Source: Syntrophorhabdaceae bacterium | GTDB lineage: Bacteria > Desulfobacterota > Syntrophorhabdia > Syntrophorhabdales > Syntrophorhabdaceae | Assembly (NCBI GenBank): GCA_963665295.1 | Contig: OY762209.1 | Span: 256,001-320,000 of the forward strand | Length of the DNA: 64,000 nt | Reading direction: 5' to 3' | Shown: positions 39,899 through 49,085 of the stretch, piece by piece | How the letters are laid out: every line of letters starts with the position of its first letter | Numbering within the stretch: the first letter of the stretch is position 1 | Notes under the pieces: model-generated | What the model saw: only the letters and a program-made list of their open reading frames with translations | What the model was told of the DNA's origin: nothing | The model's database searches: none | Translations under genes and position numbers: made by a program

Positions 39899-40906
39899 TT
39901 ATTCCTCTCTGTTGTACCCCGTGACAATGTAGCGCGTAACCTTGTCGAAGAAATAGACGAGCCTCTCCCCAAGCTCGCACATGCGGTATATGTCTACCGC
40001 CCTCTCCCGTGCGCCGAGAGAGTAGGTAAACATCCAGATATGCTTCTTGAGGATACTCATGGAGCCCAGCAGCTCCACAACGGGAATCCTGTCCTCGCGC
40101 CTCCGGGAACCGAGGTCAATGTAAAAGGCCTTGAGCTCGTTTTCGTCCTTTTTCCCCTTCAGCCACGCTCCGAACTGGCTGAATATGGAGATGGCCCTCC
40201 CTGCCAGCTCGTTCCTGTCAAACCGGTGATAGGACATGGTCGAAGGGTTGGTGGTGATGTCGTCGAGCCAGAGGTCTATGATCCTCCCGGCATTGGTCTC
40301 CACCACCTGGACCAGTTCATCCGAAAGGAGGGACCCCGGACGGATGGTCTTGTCCTTTACCGTCCCCTCGATAAGGGTTTCGAAGGAATCGTGCATCTTC
40401 CAGAGGTCCTTCTTGAGATTCACAAACTTCTTCACCGCCACTTCCTGGGAATCGAAGGCGAGCCTCGGAAGGCTTCTCACCGGAAAATACCGGCATTCAA
40501 CGGCGTCATCCCCTGCCGCCTCTTCGCCGCCGATCTTCTCCGCCTCGAAGGTCACTATGAGCAAATCGCCGTAAAGGGGGTTCTTGTGGGAGCTCACATC
40601 TACAAGCTGAATTATCCTACCCGCGATACCCGTTTCTTCCCGGAGTTCCCTGAGGGCGGCATCTTCTATGCTCTCCCCTGTTTCGGCAAAGCCGATGGGG
40701 CAGCACCACATGTCCTTGAAAGGCTCCCTGGCCCTCTTTACGAGTATGATCTCGCGGTCGCGGTTAGGCAGGATTACGGACGCCACGGGCAAGGGGTTTT
40801 CGTAATAGACCTCTCCACAGGTCTTGCACAACTGCCTCTCCTTGCCCTCGTGGATGTCCACTTCGAGGGTCTCGCCGCACACGTTGCAGAATATCTTCAA
40901 CTTCAC
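39899..40906 (-). CDS. NUDIX hydrolase with N-terminal zinc ribbon and C-terminal helical domain
   Basis: CNVC..CKTC, GFAETGESIEDAALRELREETG. Confidence 0.88.
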   Translation of the reverse strand: MKLKIFCNVCGETLEVDIHEGKERQLCKTCGEVYYENPLPVASVILPNRDREIILVKRAREPFKDMWCCPIGFAETGESIEDAALRELREETGIAGRIIQLVDVSSHKNPLYGDLLIVTFEAEKIGGEEAAGDDAVECRYFPVRSLPRLAFDSQEVAVKKFVNLKKDLWKMHDSFETLIEGTVKDKTIRPGSLLSDELVQVVETNAGRIIDLWLDDITTNPSTMSYHRFDRNELAGRAISIFSQFGAWLKGKKDENELKAFYIDLGSRRREDRIPVVELLGSMSILKKHIWMFTYSLGARERAVDIYRMCELGERLVYFFDKVTRYIVTGYNREE

Positions 40907-41655
40907 TTTCGCACCACGAATATTCTATCGTTTTTGTTGAAACTCAGCCTGCCTTCTTTTTCGAGGGCCGCGAGCATGGTCTCCTTCGCCCGCTCCGGGG
41001 CCACGTCCCTGGCGATAAAGGCCCCTTTGAAATCGATATAGGCCGCGAGGTCCGCCCCGTCCCCCCTGTCGAACTCCAGGGAGTTGTCATAGTCCACCAC
41101 GGTAATCCGGGAGAAATAGGGTCTTAGCATGGCCTCCCCGTTCTCCGCCGAAAAGCCGTGGATCACCTTCTTCAGGTTCGAAAACGAGAAGAAACGCTCA
41201 CCTTCCTCGAGCATGCCCTCGCTGTGGGTAATAATGAGAAGCGTGCCTTCCGGCCCGAGCACCCGCGCCATCTCCCCTATGGCCCCGGGGAAAAAATAGA
41301 GGGAGTAGGCGGCCACCACGAGGTCGAAACACCCGGACGGCAGGTCAAGAGGGGCGGGAAGAAAAACCTTCCTGAAAACCGCCTCTCCCGTGATCTTCCG
41401 CGCCGTTCTCAAAAACTCCTCGCGGTTTTCTTCGAGGCAATCAACCCCCACAACGGTCTCGAAGGGCCCGGCAAGGCCCTTTTCAAACCAGCCGTAGCCG
41501 CACCCTATGTCGAGGATCGTGTGGACACGGTCCCACTCCACCAGCCGGACTGCCGCGCTGTGTATATCCTCTTTGTTCCGGGAATGCTTCTTGATAAGCC
41601 GGGTGACGAGCTTGTGGAAAGGGAGGTCGGCGTAGCTTTTCGTTATCAGGTCCAT
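40903..41655 (-). CDS. class I SAM-dependent methyltransferase
   Basis: ILDIGCGYG, FDLV, RVLGPEG. Confidence 0.88.
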   Translation of the reverse strand: MDLITKSYADLPFHKLVTRLIKKHSRNKEDIHSAAVRLVEWDRVHTILDIGCGYGWFEKGLAGPFETVVGVDCLEENREEFLRTARKITGEAVFRKVFLPAPLDLPSGCFDLVVAAYSLYFFPGAIGEMARVLGPEGTLLIITHSEGMLEEGERFFSFSNLKKVIHGFSAENGEAMLRPYFSRITVVDYDNSLEFDRGDGADLAAYIDFKGAFIARDVAPERAKETMLAALEKEGRLSFNKNDRIFVVRK

Positions 41656-41831
41656 TATGGTTATATAGCGCAGCCTCGGCCGTATTGCAAATAAAAACAG
41701 GGGTGGGTGCCGCCCCTGAGCACGTAGGAGGAAGTGGGACCCTGTTGCAGGGCATGGGGGGGCGAGTCTGGATACGAACTCGGGGAGGGGTTCGCCAAAT
41801 CGGTCGAGGAGGTCCTTTCCGGGGGAATCCC

Positions 41832-42446
41832 CTACCTCTCCGGAAGGCCCTTAAAGGGGCCTTTGCCTTCTCTCAAGACTTCCGCCTCGTCGTTCACGAC
41901 CCTTATGACGGTTGACGGCTCGCCTGATATGATGCCGCCATCCACGATAATGCTCACGTTTCTCTGAAACAGTTTCTCGATCTGTCTCGGGTCCGAAATG
42001 ATGTCCTCTCCCGAAATCCTCGCACTGGTATTGATGATGGGCCTGTCTATGAGGCCGACAAGACCTCGCGGCACGGGATTTTCGGGAATCCTGATGCCCA
42101 CTTCTTTCTTTTCCGTCATCATGAGTTTGGGCATGATTCTCTTTGCCTTGAGCACAAAGGTGTAAGGCCCGGGAAGGTGCCCCTTCAGGAGGTCAAAAGT
42201 GAAGTCGCTCATCACCGCGTAGGTGCTTATCTCTTTCAGGTCCCTGCAGATGATACTCAGGGCCCTGCGGCTGTCCAGATGCTTGATTGCGTAAAGCTTC
42301 CGTATGGCCTTGATATTGAAAAGGTCGCACCCTATTCCATAGAGTGTGTCCGTGGGATAGGCGATAATGCCCCCCAGAAGCAGGGTCTCCCTGATAAGCT
42401 CTGTTACCTTCTTTCTCGGCCGTTCCGGGTCCCACTCGACGATCAC
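41832..42446 (-). CDS. Sua5/YrdC/YciO family (threonylcarbamoyl-AMP synthase-like)
   Basis: YPTDTLYGIGC, LPGPYT, VGIRIP, TSA, PSTVI. Confidence 0.9.
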   Translation of the reverse strand: MIVEWDPERPRKKVTELIRETLLLGGIIAYPTDTLYGIGCDLFNIKAIRKLYAIKHLDSRRALSIICRDLKEISTYAVMSDFTFDLLKGHLPGPYTFVLKAKRIMPKLMMTEKKEVGIRIPENPVPRGLVGLIDRPIINTSARISGEDIISDPRQIEKLFQRNVSIIVDGGIISGEPSTVIRVVNDEAEVLREGKGPFKGLPER

Positions 42447-43000
42447 GATTTCCTCCCCACAAATTGTGCGATTACCCTTTTCTTCCCCTTCGCGGATATG
42501 ATCTTTTCCTCGTAGAAGATGAGGTCAAGGGTGCGGAAGCATGATATCAACTCGCCGTCATCCAGAAGATACTCAGGATCGCGCCACCGGTCAATCATGT
42601 TCTGCCTCTTGAGAAACGTCTCATATATCAGTATACCATCTTTTGCAAGAAGGTCCACGATTTCCCCCATGATATCCCTGAGAAGGAAGTAAAAAACCAT
42701 CACCCCCGATGCGGAGTGCCTTTTGAAAGGGAGCAGGTGTGCGTCCGCCTGGACAAAGGCCGCGCCGTGCCCGCGGGAGGTGTTCCGGCCCGACGCAATC
42801 TTCAGCGCCTCACCGGACCTCTCCAGACCCCACACGGGGTGGCCCTCACCCGCAAGGTAAAGGGCGTCCTTCCCTGTCCCCGACGCGATGTCGATAACCG
42901 GCCCTTTGGGAATGAGGGAACCGAACCGTTCAAGGAGCGCGTGGGGCTTTCCCGTCCCGTCGTAGTTGCCTTCCCGGTACCGGCTGTCCCAATCAGACAT
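42443..43000 (-). CDS. class I SAM-dependent methyltransferase (TehB-like)
   Basis: WDSRY, DIASGTGKDA, YLLDDGEL. Confidence 0.85.
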   Translation of the reverse strand: MSDWDSRYREGNYDGTGKPHALLERFGSLIPKGPVIDIASGTGKDALYLAGEGHPVWGLERSGEALKIASGRNTSRGHGAAFVQADAHLLPFKRHSASGVMVFYFLLRDIMGEIVDLLAKDGILIYETFLKRQNMIDRWRDPEYLLDDGELISCFRTLDLIFYEEKIISAKGKKRVIAQFVGRKS

Positions 43001-43826
43001 GGCCGAAAACCCGCCGGGCGTTGCCTGATAAGACGCTCTCCTTTGCCTCGTCGCCGAGCATGTTTATGCCTGTGTCATACCTCTTGAAGGAGAGCAGCGG
43101 ATGATCGGAGCCGAAGAGCGTTTTTCTCGCAAGAAACCCGTCGATAAACCGGTAGGTCTCGTTGCCGTAAATATAGGGAAGGGCTGCCGTGTCATAGTAT
43201 ACCCTTGAAAAGGCGTTCCTTATCTCCGGCATAAACTCATAGAAGCAGAGGCCGCCGCCGAGATGGGCAAGGATGAAGGTCAAATCCTGGTGGGCTTCAA
43301 CGAACCCCGCAACCTCCACGAAATCGACGGGCATCTTCCCCGCATACTGATGGCCCACCTGTTCGTTCAGGTGGAGCAGGAGGACTGCGTTCATCATGGC
43401 CGCAAGGCTCGCGATCCCGTCAAGCTGCTTCAACTGGTCTCCCCCGAGACCGGCCTCGTAGACCGCCACCTCGCCGATACCCCTGGCGCCCAACCTCAGG
43501 CACCTTTCCGCTTCCCGCACGCCGGTTTCCTTGTCCTTGATGTTGACCGACCCCATGGGTATGATGTTGGGGTGGTTACGTGCCGTTTCGAGGATGTAGT
43601 CATTCGTGCGCCTCAGAAGGTCCGTGTCCTCAAAAGGAAAACCGCACGCCACCGCTGCGTCTACGTGTTCCCTCTCCATGTACTTGAGGAGGGCCGTGTG
43701 GTCCACCATGCTCGATCTCAGGTTCCCGTAGATCTTCCGGAAGCCCTCGTCCGTAATCGCTATGGTCTTCCTTCTTTCTATAATCTCCGGCGGAAATATG
43801 TGGGTGTGGGCGTCAATAATGTCCAT
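42993..43826 (-). CDS. amidohydrolase_2 family protein
   Basis: IDAHTH, GIGE, LAHLGGG, FGSDHP. Confidence 0.9.
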   Translation of the reverse strand: MDIIDAHTHIFPPEIIERRKTIAITDEGFRKIYGNLRSSMVDHTALLKYMEREHVDAAVACGFPFEDTDLLRRTNDYILETARNHPNIIPMGSVNIKDKETGVREAERCLRLGARGIGEVAVYEAGLGGDQLKQLDGIASLAAMMNAVLLLHLNEQVGHQYAGKMPVDFVEVAGFVEAHQDLTFILAHLGGGLCFYEFMPEIRNAFSRVYYDTAALPYIYGNETYRFIDGFLARKTLFGSDHPLLSFKRYDTGINMLGDEAKESVLSGNARRVFGHV

Positions 43827-43896
43827 GCCCTCTTATTATAAAGGCTTGCCCCGCGAAAGAATAGATTTTTTTTCGTTTTGGTGCTATATAAACCAC

Positions 43897-44538
43897 ATGG
43901 CCGTAAAAATTGCCTTTCTCGACTGCGACGGCACCCTCACCCGAATAAAGAGCAGTTGGGAGTACCTCCACAGAAGGCTCGAAATCTGGGACAACAATGC
44001 AGACGAGTACCAGCGGCTTTTCAGGGAAGGTGCCATCGACTACGAAGAATTCTGTCGAAGGGATGCCCTTCTCTGGAAGGGGCTTTCCCTATCGCGGGTC
44101 ATGGAGATGGTGGAAGAGATACCCTACCACGAGGGGTCCAGGGAGGCCATAGAAGTCTTCAGGGCGATGGGTATCTACACGGTGATACTCTCGACGGGTC
44201 TTTCTCTCCTCGTGGACCGCGTGAAGGACGATCTCGGTATTCACATGGCCCTGTCGAACGACCTTCTCGTCAGGGAAGGGTGTATCACGGGGGACATAAG
44301 GATAAACGTCGATTACGAAAAGAAAGGTGAACTTGTCCGGAAGATCCTCCAGGAAAGGGGCCTCACCCCGGAGGAGGCATGTGCCGTAGGTGACGGCGAA
44401 GGGGATATGGGCATGTTCAAGGCGGTAAAGCTCGCCATAGGGTTTCACACCCCGGAGAGTATGCTCCCTCACGTGGCTCACACGTCTTACCACGATTCCT
44501 TCATGGACGTGGTGGAGATCGTGAAGCAACATGCGTAA
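43897..44538 (+). CDS. HAD-family phosphatase (SerB-like)
   Basis: DCDGTL, STG, K, GDGEGD. Confidence 0.9.
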   Translation: MAVKIAFLDCDGTLTRIKSSWEYLHRRLEIWDNNADEYQRLFREGAIDYEEFCRRDALLWKGLSLSRVMEMVEEIPYHEGSREAIEVFRAMGIYTVILSTGLSLLVDRVKDDLGIHMALSNDLLVREGCITGDIRINVDYEKKGELVRKILQERGLTPEEACAVGDGEGDMGMFKAVKLAIGFHTPESMLPHVAHTSYHDSFMDVVEIVKQHA

Positions 44539-45022
44539 CGGAATGACGGGGCGCAACATGAAGGGCGCCGTCCTCCTTGCCGTCCTCCTTCTCATTTACG
44601 GCTGCGGTACCCCGAAGAAAGTGAAACTTTACGAGTCCCCCTCTTCCGCCCCTGTCTCGGACCTGAGAAACAACATCATCGAAACCGCGATCAGTCTCCA
44701 TGGGAATCCTTACAGGAGCGGCGCGAAAGGCTCAGACGCCTTCGACTGCAGCGGGTTCGTCCATTACGTTTACAAGAGATCGGGTATAAGTGTCCCTGTG
44801 TCCACAGACGCCCTCATAAAGACGGGCACCGAGATTTCCAGGGACCAGGTTCAACCGGGCGACCTTGTCTTTTTCAAGATCAAAAAGGATCTTCACACCG
44901 GCATTATGATCAACAGAAAGGAGTTCATCCACGCCTCGAAATCGAGGGGCATAGCCCTGGACAACGTGGATGCCAATTATTGGAGACGCAGCTTCCAGTC
45001 TTTCAGGTGCGTCCTCGGGTAA
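44531..45022 (+). CDS. NlpC/P60 (C40) peptidase lipoprotein
   Basis: Lipobox IYGC, FDCSG, PGDLVFF, HTGI, FIHAS. Confidence 0.92.
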   Translation: MRNGMTGRNMKGAVLLAVLLLIYGCGTPKKVKLYESPSSAPVSDLRNNIIETAISLHGNPYRSGAKGSDAFDCSGFVHYVYKRSGISVPVSTDALIKTGTEISRDQVQPGDLVFFKIKKDLHTGIMINRKEFIHASKSRGIALDNVDANYWRRSFQSFRCVLG

Positions 45023-45059
45023 GGAAGGGCAGTGCCCATGCGGCGTGCGGGTGGAGCGG

Positions 45060-45542
45060 CTAGTCTACGTGAATGCCGCTACGCTTCAAGTAATCTCTCA
45101 GGCTGGTCGTCTTATAGACCTTTTTCCGCGCGAAATCGACTACAAGGCCGAATTCCTTCTTGTTCATGTATCCGGGCACCCGGAACACCGGCTTGCCCGT
45201 CGGCTCCAGGGCACAGGTAGTGGGATAGCCTCTTATGCCGTACTTCGAGCCGAGGTCGGGCCGTTTGTCAACGTCGATTCTCAGGAACACCACATCCTTC
45301 TTCAACATGGCCGTCACGTCCTTATCGGCGAGCACTTCCTTCTCCATGGCAGTGCAGTAGGGACAATACTGGTTATAGAAATAGAGGACCGCCGCCTTGT
45401 CCTCCGCCTTTGCCTTCTTCATGGCGTCGGTAAAATCGTCGGCGAAAAGAAGGGTGTGGCCGAGGCAAATGACCGCCACTCCGAGGAGACCGGCCTTCCA
45501 CAGCTTAAGGGCAATAAGTCTGATACGGCAATTCGTTTTCAT
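45060..45542 (-). CDS. exported thioredoxin-fold protein (SoxW-like)
   Basis: CPYC, YGIRGYPT, PGY. Confidence 0.85.
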   Translation of the reverse strand: MKTNCRIRLIALKLWKAGLLGVAVICLGHTLLFADDFTDAMKKAKAEDKAAVLYFYNQYCPYCTAMEKEVLADKDVTAMLKKDVVFLRIDVDKRPDLGSKYGIRGYPTTCALEPTGKPVFRVPGYMNKKEFGLVVDFARKKVYKTTSLRDYLKRSGIHVD

Positions 45543-45669
45543 GCTATGAAAGATACCATAATCCCCGTTTAATGTCATCACGGGCGCTGAGCGCGAGGCA
45601 GCGTGACACGCGGCACGGGGGACGTGACCGGCAGAGGGCAGGTTTTGTGCAATTAATTCCGGATAGGCC

Positions 45670-45697
45670 TAAATGAAAGCCCCCTGCCTGCCGATAA
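45670..45697 (+). promoter_or_regulatory. sigma-28 (FliA)-type promoter
   Basis: TAAA-N16-GCCGATAA, ending 12 bp before the ATG at 45710. Confidence 0.75.
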
Positions 45698-45709
45698 CAA
45701 AAAAGACCC

Positions 45710-46726
45710 ATGAGCGACGGCCTATCTCAATCAGACCTCGACGCCCTGTTCGCGGAAATGCAGGCTACGGCAAAAGAGGCGGAAACCCGCACAAAGGCGG
45801 AGGAAGGCGACGGCCTGTCCCAATCCGACCTCGATGCTCTCTTTGCGGAGCAGCAGGATACCCCGGCAACGATAAAGATTCACCCGAAGGTGGAGGAAAG
45901 CGATGGCCTGTCTCAATCGGACCTCGATGCTCTCTTTGCGGAGATGCAGGCTACGGCAAAAGAGACGAAAGCCGGGACAAAGGCGGAGGAAGGCGACGGC
46001 CTGTCTCAATCCGACCTCGACGCTCTCTTTGCGGAGCAGCAGGATACCCCGGCAACGATAAAGATTCACCCGAAGGTGGAGGAAAGCGACGGCCTGTCCC
46101 AATCCGACCTCGACGCCCTGTTCGCAGAGATGCAGACTACGGCAAAAGAGGCGAAAACCGGCACGAAGGCGGAGGAAAGCGACGGCCTGTCCCAATCCGA
46201 CCTCGATGCTCTCTTTGCGGAGCAGCAGGATACCCCGGCAACGATAAAGATTCACCCGAAGGTGGAGGAAAGCGACGGCCTGTCCCAATCCGACCTCGAC
46301 GCCCTGTTCGCAGAGATGCAGACTACGGCAAAAGAGGCGAAAACCGGCACGAAGGCGGAGGAAAGCGACGGCCTGTCCCAATCCGACCTCGATGCTCTCT
46401 TTGCACAGCAGGATACCCCAGCAACGATAAAGATTCACCCGAAGGTGGAGGAAAGCGACGGCCTGTCCCAATCCGACCTCGATGCCCTGTTCGCGGGCCG
46501 GTCGGAGACGGCAGGGAAGCCGAAGGCGGGAGAGAGCGACGGTCTCTCCCAATCCGACCTCGACGCCCTGTTCGCGGGAATTACAGTCACGAGCACGGCC
46601 CCCGGGACCGAGATAAAGATGGAGGACGGGTGGGAGTTGCCCCCTGCCGCTTCTCCTGACGCGGGAGAAGTCCTCTCTCAGGATGAGATCGACAAGATGC
46701 TCGCCATGTTCGGCAGCGGAGGATAA
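45710..46726 (+). CDS. tandem-repeat protein of FliM-N/CheZ-C-like motifs (10x DGLSQSDLDALFA plus VLSQDEIDKML)
   Basis: 31-aa (93-bp) period with alternating A/B linkers; synonymous variation between copies in this frame. Confidence 0.85.
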   Translation: MSDGLSQSDLDALFAEMQATAKEAETRTKAEEGDGLSQSDLDALFAEQQDTPATIKIHPKVEESDGLSQSDLDALFAEMQATAKETKAGTKAEEGDGLSQSDLDALFAEQQDTPATIKIHPKVEESDGLSQSDLDALFAEMQTTAKEAKTGTKAEESDGLSQSDLDALFAEQQDTPATIKIHPKVEESDGLSQSDLDALFAEMQTTAKEAKTGTKAEESDGLSQSDLDALFAQQDTPATIKIHPKVEESDGLSQSDLDALFAGRSETAGKPKAGESDGLSQSDLDALFAGITVTSTAPGTEIKMEDGWELPPAASPDAGEVLSQDEIDKMLAMFGSGG

Positions 46727-46762
46727 GCCTCGTTGCCGTCTTTACCATTTGCCTGAAAACGA

Positions 46763-46793
46763 CCGGGGGCAGCGGATAGTCCGCTGCCCCCGG
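46763..46793. terminator. hairpin terminator between convergent genes
   Basis: CCGGGGGCAGCGGA-TAG-TCCGCTGCCCCCGG. Confidence 0.8.
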
Positions 46794-46808
46794 ATCATGT
46801 ATGAACCT

Positions 46809-48809
46809 CTATTTTGTTGTCCCCGTGCCCGAAACCTTAATCACCGTTTCAGGCGACGCAGGGTCATCCGACGGGATAGTCACCGTCGCGGATTTGGCCC
46901 CCATGGATTTAGGCCCGAAAACGACCTTAAAGGTACACTTCTTGTTGGCCGCGAGAGGCGGATCGATGTCCGAGCAGGTATCGCTCACAATCGCAAAATC
47001 GTCCACGCTCACCTCGTCCGGGGTGAGGTAAATCTCGCCTATCGTGAGAGGGGCTGTTCCCTTGGTCGTCTTATTGGTCACGGAGAACGTGGCGGTGCTC
47101 GTTTTGCTGTTCGCCTTCACGTTGCCGAACTTCTTGTCTACAGGGGAAACAACGAGGGTCGGGTTGCTCGCGAATACGGCCGTCACCGTCTTTGCCTCGC
47201 CCATCGTAACGCTGCAGGTAGCCTTCGAGGAGCCGGCGCATCCCGACCAACCGTCAAACACGTATCCCTTGCCCGCCTTTGCGGTGAGGGTCACTTTCCT
47301 GCCATCCGCAAAGGGCTGGGAACATTGACCGCCCTCGTTGCTGCAATTGATGCCCACAGGAGAACTCTTCACGCTTCCCGCACCGGATACCTCTATCGTG
47401 AGGACCTGGGGGACCTTCTCCACCATGACTTTCGTGAAATAGGCTGCAGCCTGAGCGTCGGTCCCCCATCCCATCACAACGGCACTGAGACCTTTGTAGG
47501 GCACCTTGGCATTGGTCAGATTCACGGTTATCTCGGGGTCCGGAGTGTAGGAGAATGATTCGCTGCCCCCTTTGAAATTGAATTTCGTGCCGTCCCATCC
47601 CACCGACAGCGTGTACGCCTTATCGAGGGCGATGGGCTTCGTGAAGTCGTGCGAACAGAGCACTTCCTGTTCGGGAATGGTGGTGCCCGTAAATCTCGTT
47701 ACCCACCATCTTCCCGTCAAGGTCCCGTCGCCTTTGGTCTGAAGTCTCGTGAAAGCGCCGATATCTCCCGTGTAACCCTCCCCCTCCGAACCGTCGTTAA
47801 AGAATCTTCCCCCTACGTAGGTGCTCACGCCTACCTTCGCGGGGTCGGCGGAGAACAGTCTGTGAGCCACGACGTCGGCCTGTATGGTCCTCACGGAGTC
47901 GGGTGCGTTTATGGGAAGATAACTCTCGCTGCTCGTCGTGGAATTCGCAGTGGTCCGGGCGCGCAGTATAAGGTGTTTGTCCTTGATCATCCTCACGAAC
48001 TCATAAGACCTCCATCTACTTGCATCGATCTCGTTCGCCGAGAAATCATCGTAAAGGGCGTCGTTTACGTATACGTCGTCAAAGCTCGCAAAAACGGAGG
48101 CGGCCTTACCTGCGTTGTTCGACACCCTCGTATACATCCCCTTGAAAAGGGTGTTGGGAGCATTGATGGATGTGGAGGGCACGTAGTTCCGGGTCTGTCC
48201 CCCGTAACTGAAGATGAACTGCGCGCCGTCCCACTCCACAGTCACGGGATACGCGGTCCCGATCACTGCGGGAGTCTCAAAACTACCTCCTGAAAGGGCC
48301 TCGACACTGTTGCAGTCCGACGAAGTGGCCCTCACCACAGTCCAGAAGACAACGGGCGCCCCGCCGCTTGACGGGGTATTGCCCACGCCGATCTGGCCGA
48401 GCACATCACCCGTACAGTCACCGCTCACGCCGGATGAGCCGTCGTTGTAAAACCGTCCCGCTACGACGGCCATGGCACTGGCGCCGTCGGCATTCACGTA
48501 TACGGTCGGTGTAATGACTGCCGCGATCTTCGTTTTACCCCCGGGGCTCGCAAAGTTGATGAAGCTCATAAGCGGGCCGGTGGACCCGCCGGCGCTTCTT
48601 ACGCCGAGACGAAGGTTGTGAGCGTCCGTGTCGATGACGCGGACGGATTCGTAAAGATGCCACTTGGCGGCATCGATCGGACTCACACTGAGCGTGTCAT
48701 AGGAGGTGAGCGTCGAGGCTGAGTAAGCGGTTGGACCAAAACCCGCAAAAGAAACGGCGGCGGCAAAGAGAACGATCATGAACACTTTCGGCAAGAATCT
48801 GGTAATCAC
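46809..48809 (-). CDS. secreted protein with duplicated beta-rich domains, InlB-B-like module and C-terminal ASH/choice-of-anchor-D-like Ig domain
   Basis: Signal peptide; two ID..(K/R)W..YE.VR...GRF(Y/F)NDG domains; FGNV...C..L....C...V.F.P; GAGGGG RBS with GTG start. Confidence 0.75.
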   Translation of the reverse strand: MITRFLPKVFMIVLFAAAVSFAGFGPTAYSASTLTSYDTLSVSPIDAAKWHLYESVRVIDTDAHNLRLGVRSAGGSTGPLMSFINFASPGGKTKIAAVITPTVYVNADGASAMAVVAGRFYNDGSSGVSGDCTGDVLGQIGVGNTPSSGGAPVVFWTVVRATSSDCNSVEALSGGSFETPAVIGTAYPVTVEWDGAQFIFSYGGQTRNYVPSTSINAPNTLFKGMYTRVSNNAGKAASVFASFDDVYVNDALYDDFSANEIDASRWRSYEFVRMIKDKHLILRARTTANSTTSSESYLPINAPDSVRTIQADVVAHRLFSADPAKVGVSTYVGGRFFNDGSEGEGYTGDIGAFTRLQTKGDGTLTGRWWVTRFTGTTIPEQEVLCSHDFTKPIALDKAYTLSVGWDGTKFNFKGGSESFSYTPDPEITVNLTNAKVPYKGLSAVVMGWGTDAQAAAYFTKVMVEKVPQVLTIEVSGAGSVKSSPVGINCSNEGGQCSQPFADGRKVTLTAKAGKGYVFDGWSGCAGSSKATCSVTMGEAKTVTAVFASNPTLVVSPVDKKFGNVKANSKTSTATFSVTNKTTKGTAPLTIGEIYLTPDEVSVDDFAIVSDTCSDIDPPLAANKKCTFKVVFGPKSMGAKSATVTIPSDDPASPETVIKVSGTGTTK

Positions 48810-49085
48810 AGGCAACCCCCTCATGGAATTTTTTGATAAAAACACCGTCAGGGCAAAAGCGCGAAACGAATGAACCACATGCTGTCCGGGAGCCCCCAAT
48901 CCTTTTCAGGCCCACGGACCCTCCTTTGGCAGTCGTCCCCTGCTTGACCCCCCCCTTACAATATTTGTACGTGTTTCATGCCGGGAGATCAAGAGAAAAA
49001 CAGGCCGCGGCGGCCTCTTTTCGCAAAGAATATACGGGTTTACTCTCCCCGGGGAAAAGGGTAGAATATGGGCCGGAAAAGGGAT

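Noticed and set aside
45673..46659. Alternative Arg-rich and antisense repeat ORFs
   Set aside because: Nucleotide differences between repeat copies are synonymous in the 45710 frame; the other frames are by-products.
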